In this document: positions 53,038 through 64,000 of the stretch, in pieces
How the letters are laid out: each line of letters starts with the position of its first letter
Position numbering within the stretch: the stretch's first letter is position 1
Source: Vicugna vicugna
Lineage: Eukaryota
NCBI GenBank assembly: GCA_013265495.1
Contig: MU058065.1
Coordinates: 10,519,720-10,583,719, forward strand
Direction of reading: 5' to 3'
Length of the DNA: 64,000 nt
Notes under the pieces: generated by a model
Database searches by the model: none
The model's input: only the letters and a program-made list of their open reading frames with translations
What the model was told of the DNA's origin: nothing
Position numbers and translations under genes: made by a program

Positions 53038-53788
53038 AATTGAAACTGTCATTATTTGTAAATGACATAATACTATACACAAAAAATCCTAAAGATGCCA
53101 CCAAAAAACTAGTAGAGTTTATCAATAAATTTGTGAAAGTTGCAGGATATCAAATTAATATACAGAAATCTATTGCATTTCTATACACTAACGAAAAACT
53201 ATCAGAAAGAGAAATTAAGGAAGCAGTCACATTTACAAGCACATCAAAATGAATAAAATACCTAGAAATAGACCTATCTTAAGAGGTAAAAGACCTGTAC
53301 TTGGAAAACGATAAGACATTAATGAAAGTAATTGAAGACAATACAGATGAGATGATATACCACGTTTACAGATTGGAAGAATTTAATATTGTTAAAATGA
53401 CCATATTCCCCAAAGTGACCTACAGATTCAATGCAATCCCCATCAAAATATCAACGGTATTTTTCACAGAACTAGAATGAATAATTTTAAAATTTGTGTG
53501 GAAACACAAAAGACCCTGAAATAGTCACAAAAAATCTTGAGAAAGAAGAACAGAGCTGGAGGTATATCATGCTCCCTGACTTTAGACTACAAAACTACAG
53601 TAATCAAACGGCATGGCACTGGCACAAAAGCAGATACACAGAACAAAGGAACAAAACAGAGAGCTCAGAAAGAAACCTATGCTTTTATGGTCAATTAATC
53701 TATGACAAAGGTGGCCAGAATATACAATGGAAAAAGCACAGTCACTTCAATAAGTGGTTCTGGGAAAACTAGAGAGCTACTTGTAAAA
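53038..53788 (+). mobile_element. LINE-1 ORF2 internal fragment (RT domain and downstream), relatively young, disabled
   Basis: Translates KLSLFVNDIILYTKNPKDATKKLVEFINKFVKVAGYQINIQKSIAFLYTN (degenerate FADD motif and GYKINxQKS motif) and YGQLIYDKGGQNIQWKKHSHFNKWFWEN; contains stops and frameshifts. Confidence 0.97.
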
Positions 53789-55829
53789 TTTCAAATTCTT
53801 GAAGCATCAAGTTATCCTAAAGTTTATCATATGTGACTGACCTCGTCACTTCATCACCATCCACAAGGAAGAGAAGAGATAGTGCAGGAGAAAAGTAGCA
53901 TATAACACTTACACATTTATCCAGTAGCTTTCGAATTCAATTCAATTTACCTAATTTGTCTAACTCCCCCGATTTACCAGACTCCTTGTTGAGCATGGTC
54001 AACTACGGTGTGAAAAAAAAAAGTCAGTGTTTACTCTAAAATGATTAACATTTAGTAAGTGATACATTTAAAAAAAAAGAGGTAGATTTAAGCAAGTCCT
54101 AAAATCAGGAGTGAAGAAGGCATAAAACCAATAGTTATAAGTTCCTTGCTCTATGTCAGATGGCATTTTACATAAGTTAAGGATAAATTAAAAGAAAGCT
54201 CTTAGCCGATAATGTGAGAGTGGTGGGTCAGAAAAGGACAATATAGAGGAGATATTTGAAAAGGCAGATACATGAGTATGAACAGATTAAACAGATGTAC
54301 GTAAATAATAAAATCTATGGCATGCTTAAAAGAGTAAATTATTTACCTTGAGCAAAATGTTCTCATAAAGAAGTGCCAGATAAAGCTAGACAGGTAGATA
54401 CAAACCATACCAAGAAAGGTGAGTATCAGGGAGGACCTTAAATTAACACTATTTGAAATGGGCTCTACCACAGGTTTTTGAGGATTGAGATTTGGAAAAT
54501 ACACTGTGGCACCCTGCAGAATAGAGTGGGGCAGGGAAGGAAAGGAGTTGGAGACATTTCATAAAGCGTTTATAGCCACAATCTAGGGAAGCTTTTAGCA
54601 GGACTAAGACTAAAGAAAGGGAAACAACAGAGAAGAGGAATTCCTGTTGATTTTTTTTTCCTCAAAGTGTACATATGTTTTTGTCCTTAACATAGTAAAA
54701 TGATGGCTGATTTTTTTTTTTTTTGATGTGAGCGGGACAATGAAAATGGATATCTTGGCAACTGACCTTTCTACATTAAATGCACATGTTACATGGTCTT
54801 TGGCAATCCTCCAAATATCATCATGTCAGGAAGAAATAAATTATATGCCAAAAATGAGGCTCAGGTTGTGCTATAGAAATTATCACATGGCCTTTCCCCT
54901 CACTGTATAAGACTTGTTTTCCCAATGGGATAATTTAAGAGCCACCCTGTACAAGAGCAATTTATTGAAAAAAGAGTGATTGCCTCATGATCCGTGATAC
55001 CACGCTCCACCTGGGCCTGGCTAGCTCTTTAATGCACAGCTGCCTGAGCATCTGCCACAACGTCGCTAGTGCTTACTGTCCCCTGTGTTTCTTGACTATC
55101 TTCAGAAAGGAACTCAGCATAAAATCAAAGGTCTTTCCAACATTCCCAATTTAGATAAACTGAAAATTTGATAGTTTAATTCCAAAACTCCTTTGGCCTG
55201 TTTTATCCCAGAATTTTTATTACAAGAACCATCCTACTACTTGGACCGATGATGTTGATACAAATACTTGATGGATTAGTAATATTTTAAGGACTTACTA
55301 GCATTTTATTATTTTTGGTTCCTAATAATCATATTAAGATTTTATCATAGCCCCAAGAACTTCTCTTTCTGAATGCTTAAGTGACTATTTTTCTTTGTTT
55401 TGCCTCCAAATATTCAAATTGTCATAGTACTTTCTGGTGACTATGGTTCACTTTGCTTTTTTGCCTCTCCTAGTCTTCTGGCTTGATATTTTTCTCCATG
55501 TGACTTTCTTTAGCTTTCCAGCCTGTGGAACTAAATGACCATTATTGTACTTTTGATGAATTCAGTTAATTGTTTAGAGGAAATAAAACTGATTAATTAA
55601 TTCACAAGTAGGCTTTACCATCCTTAAACCTAAGAAGAACACTAGTTGAGTCAGACTCAGTTTTGATAATGTTTTAAAGCAAAGTAAGGCTTTGCAAAAT
55701 GGTGGTGGGGCCATATACCAGTAAATACGTGACTATAAACACATTCTAGATTACTGACAAATCATTAAGCCTGTCAATCTGAGACAACAGAAAAACCAGT
55801 GTTGTACATGTGTGGTCCTCAAGCTAACT

Positions 55830-56055
55830 CAGTGTCTCTCAACCTTTTCTGTTTTTTTCATTTCATTCTCTAAGGGAGAATTGTAAATTTTGACCTAGTA
55901 AACCCCCTAAGAAATGTTAGTACCACAGATATATTGTACATCTGATATGTGTTGTATGAATGCCTGTACTTATAGATAAATGAGTCATATCACTTTTACT
56001 CCTAAAATTAATTTTTATCCCTATGGCGGTATTTCCTAGAATCCGAATTCATGCT
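55830..56055. mobile_element. hAT-Charlie type MITE
   Basis: Starts 'cagtgtctctcaacctttt' (hAT TIR-like); internal 'taccacagatatattgtacatctg'; subfamily uncertain. Confidence 0.6.
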
Positions 56056-57848
56056 TTAATTTAACCTCATAATATGATATGATGTGAAGTCATATCTACA
56101 AATCAAGAGATAAGACAGTCAGAGAGCTGTGTTAAAGCTTGTGTATGTGGGCCGTGGGAAGTGTAACAGTTACTCAGGTGAGAGAGGCAGATGGTACTGT
56201 GAGAACTATCAGGTCATGACACTGACCTTATCAATTCTAGGAAGACAATTTAAAAATCAACAAAATTAATGCCAGTATAAATCTTATTGGACTATAGAAC
56301 ACATAAGTAATTTTCTATCAGAACATCTCTGTAACTTTAAAAAAAAAACTCTTTTAATTAAGGAAAATCCTGAGGCATCTCTGGGCATACTAATCAAATT
56401 ATTTATTTCAGCAAGCAGAAAATAATAGTCTATGAAATTAAGGGCACAATCTGTAAACATGAAAATATATGATTTATTACTTTGGACTTTATTGTACAGG
56501 GGATAAGTGGAGATCAGATCCTAGCAAAGTATAATTTCAGTGTCTTGAATAAAGACTGGGAAATACTGACTGAGACAGAGCCTGGAAAGCCAACTTGGCC
56601 AGAATCCACTAATATTCGTTTGTTTTGCGTTTACATTTACCAGCAGGGATTTGATTTGGGAAATCCTTATATACTTAGCCAGAGTCTGCCAATATCTAAA
56701 GAGCTACTCTCTCAAACCTAGAGTTTCACTGAGGATTGTGGAAGGCAATGCCACTCTGAGGAGAAAAAAAAAAAAAAGCAATACTGAGTTAAAAGAACAC
56801 TGTGCAAGAAAACACAGAAGAATCATGCTTTTCAGTTAAGAGGAAATTCTCAATTTTTAAAGTATATTTTAATCATTTTCTCTCTCTTAGTTTGATAATG
56901 ACAATATGTTCTTATTAATGAAAAGTCATTGAATAGCTAAACATTAGTTGTTTCTTATTAAGAAATTTAAGATGTTAGCTCAGAAGTTGCTCAGATGTTG
57001 CCATCTGGGAATTAAAGTGTTTCAGTGTATAATTAGAAAGTGTATTACTTCATCAAGAAGAAAGCAAAAACTTATATGCCAGTCTTTATTTAATCAGAAG
57101 GGAAGTGGGCCAAGTAGTATTATTCTGCATTTTTCTCACTATAAGAAAGAAACATTGTGAGCATTAAATATGTAATAAATAAACGTATTAATTTCCATTT
57201 ACTTTGAGTGTCTGAATGATAATCTAATGAAAGAACATAACTAGTTTATCAGAACATTTTGAGATTTTTTTAATTGCATGGGTAATCACTGATATATCTC
57301 ATATTTTTTCTGATAATTACTTGCAGTATATTCTTTAATTTAATGTATACTTCTTATATCTTATAAAAGTTTGAAATATAAAGTCTGAAACACTCAAATA
57401 ATGAGTTACTACAGAAACCTAAATATTAACATAAAAGGATAGGATTACATGTAATTGAATAATACAAATTTAGCTTATGCTTTTTAGAAAAAATAGAAAA
57501 AGCAGTATCTAAAATTAAAAGATATAGCAATTAGACACTGAATAACATATAATACTTTCTTTTAAAGCTATAATTAACTTCAATTTTTTTAGAATTTAAA
57601 ATAATAACACCTAGTAACATTTTCAGAATTGATTATCAAGATTTTCTTTAATCTAATAATGTCATTAGTCAACAAAATTTAAAAGAATGAATAAATATGT
57701 GACTATTTTGTGACAGAAATTCTTGTATTTCTTATATATTCTTATATGTATATGCATATATTCTAATTAAAGGGTAGACAATTGCTGGTATAATAAATTT
57801 TACTTGCATCCAGAGAGAGAAATTAAATTAATATTAGTGGCAGTGTAA

Positions 57849-57889
57849 TAGACAGATAGATAGATAGGTAGATGATAGGTTGATAGATA
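57849..57889. repeat. Imperfect (GATA)n microsatellite
   Basis: Read directly. Confidence 0.85.
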
Positions 57890-60239
57890 AGGATTAACAG
57901 GGAAAGCAGAAGTAATTAGCCAAGAAGGTAGAAAATCAGTTTTCTAGAAATGTCTGTTGTTATTCATTGAAGAGCTTTAAACATGTTTTCCTCTCTGGGG
58001 ATGGTGATCTATTCAACATCAACCCACTACATATCTTTGGCCTATAACTCCATCATTCATTCCAGAATCTTCCCTTGCTTTTTCTCCTGCAGAACTTCAA
58101 TCTAATTTACTTCTTTTGTAAAGAAAGAACTGCTCGTGCATTTTTATCAAGACATTTATTAAATGAAGTTTCTAACTGTGGTATTAGACTAAATTAATGA
58201 CTTGTCCTAAGAACAAAGAGGTCTCCATTGATAAAGAGAAGGCTTTTGTTATGTGGCTAATAGTCTGAGAGTCAGAGGTAACAAGGTGAAAGGAAGCATA
58301 AATCCTTAGTTTGCTTTAGTGAGCATGAAGAACATTAAGGTTTTCAGAAAAATACTTTTTGCAGAATTACCAGCTATATGATTGTCAGGTGTACTGGATC
58401 TATATTAGGTTTGTTTGTTTGTTTGTTTATGTTTTAACTACACACAATTGCTTAAATTCAATAGTCAAACATACAAAATGCGATTATGAATTAAAGGAAA
58501 TTAATTGTTTAATGACATTTAACATGTGACGTAGGCATGCAATTTGCTACGTAATGACTTAAAACTGAAATTTAAAATAGTAATACATACAAAATATGAT
58601 GAAAGCTATATGATACAAGATAAAATAGATGATTTGGGGGTAACAAATATTTTACAAAATTAAATGCATAATATCAAAATTATCAAATTTGAATGAAACT
58701 CCAAGGTAAGAATTTCATTAAAGATTATCTGATCTCTAGGTTTAATATTCCATTTTCCTCCTTTCTGTTGTTCCATTTATACCCTAGCATTTAGTACGAT
58801 TGTACATGAAATGTGCACAGTAATTTTTAGACCGTCTGTTATTGGTATCTGTTTTGTTTCTTTTTATTTTTTTTAAATTATAATAACTGCCATGAATTCT
58901 GAAATGGAGTATTCTTCTGGCCTTCTGGTTAAGATCATTCATACATCTGCTCCCAGGAAATTTGAAGTGAATATGGCATAGAATGAGCTCTGTGATCTAC
59001 TATGGCTCATTTATTTCTAACTGTTATGACTAGAAGTGTGTCTAAAGTCTTGGTGACATAAAAACGTTCTAAAGATAGTCCTTGATTTGAATGTGCAATA
59101 TTAATAACACTCCTTTTTCCATATGACCTACCAGGAAAAATTGAACCTCTTCCTTTTTTCTTTTCACAATCTTAAATCATTGATACTTGTGGTGTTTTGC
59201 CTCTTCCCACATCTTCCATCAATTATAAATGCTAGCAAAAATGCACCTTTTATGTTTTTAAGGCTGGGCACATTCTTTGAAATAAGTCATTTCATTTGGG
59301 GATTTGGTAGGTCCCCGTGGCATTTTCCTTTTGCCTTAGCAAAAAGAGGATAGACTCTAAAGCCCAAGGGTTTGGATGTTAACACTTTGTTCCTTACTAA
59401 GGACCTGTATAAATAGAGAAATACAGTAACTAAATTATGATAATTCTGATAAATAGATTCATCAGTTTTTGATAAGTAAGGCATATATTTTTGCAAGTGA
59501 GTTAATCAGGTATAGTGCTAAATTCCTTGATTTGGAAATGAATAACATGTGACAAGACAGTTTGACTTTTCAGAGTCCCAAACCACTATCACAATTGAAA
59601 TGCTGTCATATACTAGAAATAAATAGTAGTTTAATGGTGGAAGTGCGGGTGCACAGAATATGGACTTTTCTCTATTTTTCTTTTGTTTGTTTTGTTTTCA
59701 TCTGTCAGACATGCTCTGTGCACTGCAGAACTGGAATTTGGTGATGACTGTAGACTAATCCAGGATGTTAATATACACTCCCATTGTTTAGCAGTTAAGT
59801 GCAGTTTCACAGCAAAGTGGATGACATACTAAATAACGTAGTTTCAGTTTTGAAACATACATGCCACTTCTATTCTGGAGGCAATAATGTCAACAGTTGA
59901 GGTTCCTGAAGGTGTTTTTCTTCCAGACCTTCAACTGCTCCAACTTATTTAGTTGTCTCTATAATAATCAAACCCCTCTCTACCTCCAAAGATGCTCATA
60001 TTTTTAAATACCAATTTTGCATTACTCAACTTAGAAAAAAGTTGAGCATAAAATAACTACATAGGCAAAGAGTTACCAGTCCTATAAAAATGCTTAAAAT
60101 GGATTAAAAACAATTTGTGCATAACACAACTTATTCATTAGACACACACTTTCAACTGTGAGTTCCTCTTTAAAAGAAATAATTTTGATATATCCTGGTA
60201 CTAGGTGAGGATTTTGAGAAAAAGTGAGGGTCTTGAGAC

Positions 60240-60340
60240 TAACGAACCTCTTTGGATTCTGATTTCATCATCTGTAATATCATATTCAGCACCTATGTTT
60301 CATGGCTGTGGTGGATATTAATTGAAATTTAAAAGTGAAT
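60240..60340 (+). mobile_element. MIR core fragment
   Basis: 'aacctctttggattctgatttcatcatctgtaa...cacctatgtttcatggctgtggtggatattaattga'. Confidence 0.65.
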
Positions 60341-60419
60341 GCCTACCTTAAAAACAAAGCACTCTATCATATGTCATTTTGAGTCTCACATCTGCTCTCA
60401 TGTTATCCCTGTATTTTAT

Positions 60420-63400
60420 CAATTTTATTGGGTATATGATTTACATACAACTAAACGCACATGATAAGTGTGTAAGGTTCAAATTTTGACAAATTAACTC
60501 CAACCTATATCAAGACATGGAACATTTTCTTCACCCTCCAAAATTCTCTGTTTCCCTTTGCAGCCAACTTTTTCTTCACTCCAGGAAAGTACTGATCTGA
60601 TTTCTATCACCTACATTAATTTTTGCTGCTTCTACGACTCTGGATACATGGTGTGACAGTATGTGCATTTTGTTTCCTGTGCAGGAGTTTCTTTTCATCA
60701 GCATAAACTTTTCGATAGTCTTCCATGTTGTCTGATCAGTAGTCTGTTGGTTTTCATTGCTAAATAATATTCCCATCATTTATTTATTTTCTTTCTTTGT
60801 TGATGAATCATGTTGAATATTATTTCCATATGTGTTTTTGGTCATTTCTGTGTATCTCTTTTGTCAGATATCTGTTCTAGTTTTTGACTATTTTTCTTGG
60901 ATTGTCTTTCCTCTTATTATTGAATTTCTAGAATTCTTTATATATTCTGGATACAAGTTATTTGATAGATATTTTTATGCAAACACTTTCTCCCAGCTCC
61001 TTGCTCTTTTGTTTTTTTCAATTATATTTTGAAGAGTAAAACTCTTAGTATTCATGAAGTCCAATTTTACCACAATATTCCACAATATTAGCTCTTAAAG
61101 ATATATGGGTTTTTTTATGTGTGTGTGTTTGTGTGTATGTGTACTGTATGAGAGGTAATTTATTTCTTGTGAAGATAAACTATGTATTTTTTAAAAAATT
61201 AGAACCTCAAGTTTAGTGTTTATATTTAGGAACATATGTTGGTATATGCCTTGAATTATGGACAAGTTGTATTATTTTAAAAGATTTTCTTAATGGCTTA
61301 CTGAAGAGAAAATTATTTCTCTCATGAATTACTTTTGTAGAAAATTAAATAATATTTTTGTGTGTGCATATGTGTATTTTTTCTATTTCTGTACTCTATA
61401 CTTTTCCATTGATTAATGTCATTTTCTTAAACCAATACTACACTTTTTTTAATGAATTATTGTTTTGAAATCAGGTTGTTTAAGTCCTTCAAGTTTACTC
61501 TTCCCCCTCTTCCTCTCTTCCCCTCTGGCTCATCCTCCCTCTCACCCTAGTTGTTCTAGATCTTTTGCATTACAATATAAATTTTAGAAACATCTCATCA
61601 GTTGGGATTTTGGAAATGGATTCTGGCGACTCCATAGATAAATTTGAGGGACATCTTAAACATATTTTCCTATATTAACATGGCATATGTCCACTTTTAT
61701 TTAAATATTTATTTTTTCCTCAGCTTAGTTTGTAATTTTCTGTGTAGAAGTCTTCCAAATTTTTTCTTAAATGTAATTTCATATATTTCTTGATATTTAT
61801 GCTATACTAAATGGTATTTTTAAAATATTTGCCATATTTTGGTTATTATTTTTATTGACAGTATAATGTCTTACCCTTATTAATTCTAGTAGATTTTATG
61901 GGTAGATTCTACATTATTTATAGGCAAAAAAATTCTGCAAATAGAGACTTTTTTCATTGCCCCTTCTAACTTTTATGCCTTTTTTTTTATTACATATTAC
62001 ATTGTCTAGGAATCTAGCATAATAGTGATAAAAAATGGTGATGTTGATCATCCTTGAATTATGGCTGTTTTCAAAAACAAAGCAATTAGTCTTTGGCCAT
62101 TAACTATGATGTTAGCTGTAGGAGTTTAGTAGATGTTCTTCACAGGGTTGAGAAAGATTAACTCTGTGTTTGTTGAACGTTTTAATGATAAACATGTGGC
62201 ATATTTACTCAAATATCTTTTTACTTTTTCTCTTGAGATAATTGTGTGCTTTCTGTTCTTTTTTTCCTGTTAATGTGGTGAATTTTATTGATTTTTGATT
62301 GTTGAAGGAAACTTTCATTTGGCGATAAATTTTTCTGATAATGATAGATTATTCTTTTTATATAGTACTGACTTCAATTTACTAATATTTTATTAAATAT
62401 ATTTGCATATATACTCTAGGAGGATAAATGATTTTTCCTTAAGTATCTTTGTTAGGTTATTGTATCAATGTTACACTGGCCTCATACTGTAAATTGAGTA
62501 ATGTTCCCTTTACTGAAATAGTTTATCTAAATTAGTATAATCACTTTCTTAGAAATTTTACAGAATTCAGTAATGTAAACATCTGGGCCTGATATTTGTC
62601 ATATGTATTTTGATTATAAATTTGAACATAGTTTACTATTAATTGAATAGTAAATAGCTCTTCATATTTTTCTGATCTGGGTAAGTGTTGGTAGATTATT
62701 TCAAAGTACTGTCTGTCAGATTCATTGGCATGAATTTTTTTAATGCTTCATTTTAACATTTAATTTCTAATTGATTTGAAGTCATATACAATCTTTGTTC
62801 TTAGTTTTTATAATATTTTTTCATTTGTAGATAATCTTATTTGGGCTTAACAATTTTATTAATTTGTCCTAAAAAATTGACTCTGTCTTTCCTAATTTTC
62901 CATATTTAGTGTATCTTTTAAATTTCTTTATGTTTGATATTTATTATTTTTCCTATTTCCTTCAAAATAAATATTATTTTTGATCTTCTCAGGGTAATAT
63001 GTCTTTTTCTCTGTATGCTTTCAATTTTGCTCTGTATATTAGCATTCCAGCAATTTGACAGTGATGGCCTTAGGTCTTGTTTTTCCCCTCTGAATTAGTG
63101 TTTTTAAACTTCTTAGATCTATAAGTCACTGTTTTTCAATGAATTTGGGAAATTTTCCCTCACAGGGTCTTCAAAAAATGTTTCTCTCATTCTCAATATT
63201 TTCTCCTTCTGAATATTTGACCATTTCTTGTGTTTTCAGAGATACCTCATGTTTTGTGCATTTCATTTAAAGTTTTTTCTTTTTGTTCCTTATACTAAAT
63301 ATTTTCTGTTGATTTCTCATCAAGTTTACTGACTCCTGCTATTTTCAATTCTATATTAAATCTAACCAGATAATTTTTCATTTTAGTTATTGTAGCTTTG

Positions 63401-64000
63401 AATTCTAGAATTTCCATTTGGTTTATTTTCTTATAGTTTTTTTTTTTCTCTACTTAAATTTCCAAAATGTTCACTTGTGATCATGTTATTCTTTATTTGA
63501 ACACAAAGAGCTTTAGTTCTTTGAATATAATATAGCTACCTTAAAATATTTTGGCTAGAGCCAATACGTGAACTGTTTTGGAGTTTATTTTTTTCCTATT
63601 GTCAATGTTCTACTTCTTGACTAGGAATCCTATTTTCCTATTTCTTTGCTCATTTGGTAATTTTTGCTACTAATTATTGTACATGATTTGTTATGGAGAT
63701 TAGGGGTCTGGTAGTTTCTTCTGAAAAATGCATATTCTTCTTCTAGTAAGTAGTTTAATTACTGGCTGATCAGCTTGAATTTTTGTAGGCTTTGTTTTAC
63801 ATTTTTTAGAGATGATCCAAGATGTTACACAAGCCCCCCAGCCTCCAAACTCTGTCTCCTATATGTTCTGTTGTTTATTTTAAGATTTGATAGGATAAGT
63901 CTAGAGAAAGACTTACTAGAGTGTGATCCTTGATTCTAATGTGAGACATTCCTAGTGTCTCAGCTGGATTCTAAGGGTGTTAATGACCTGTTAGCTTTGT
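60420..64000 (-). mobile_element. Long, heavily deleted old LINE-1 (L1ME/L1M4-type), antisense, running from the 3' end toward ORF1/5' UTR
   Basis: 3' end 'ttttattgggtatatgatttacatacaa...tcaagacatggaacatttt'; ORF2 'aattctttatatattctggatacaagt', 'tatgatgttagctgtagg...tagatgttct', 'ctggcctcata', 'aaacatctgggcctga'; ORF1-like 'caatgaatttgggaaatttt', 'ttctagaatttccatttggttt'; strong T skew. Confidence 0.85.

Noticed and set aside
53019..53772. Reverse-transcriptase-like ORFs
   Set aside because: Ordinary disabled LINE-1 ORF2 (catalytic motif reads FVND; stops and frameshifts), not a novel RT system.

Overview
AT-rich, CpG-poor placental-mammal genomic DNA that looks like a gene desert or the deep interior of a large intron. 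I found no protein-coding gene, RNA gene, CpG island or prokaryotic system. The short ORFs are chance frames or decayed LINE-1 ORF2. The window is a patchwork of old eutherian repeats (L1M-type LINE-1, MIR, L2, MLT1 MaLR LTRs, MER82 and hAT-Charlie fossils) with microsatellites and a few unique, motif-rich islands that may be enhancers. The clearest unusual structure is at 41699-42194: an ERV1/MER41-like LTR segment ending in AATAAA plus poly(A), flanked by a perfect 18-bp target-site duplication at a TT|AAAA site, which points to L1-mediated retroposition rather than integrase insertion. I recognised no Alu, B1/B2, Bov-A/BovB, PRE-1 or Can-SINE; a laurasiatherian, possibly camelid, source is a tentative inference. 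Repeat family names come from recalled consensus motifs, not from a search, and old-repeat boundaries are approximate.
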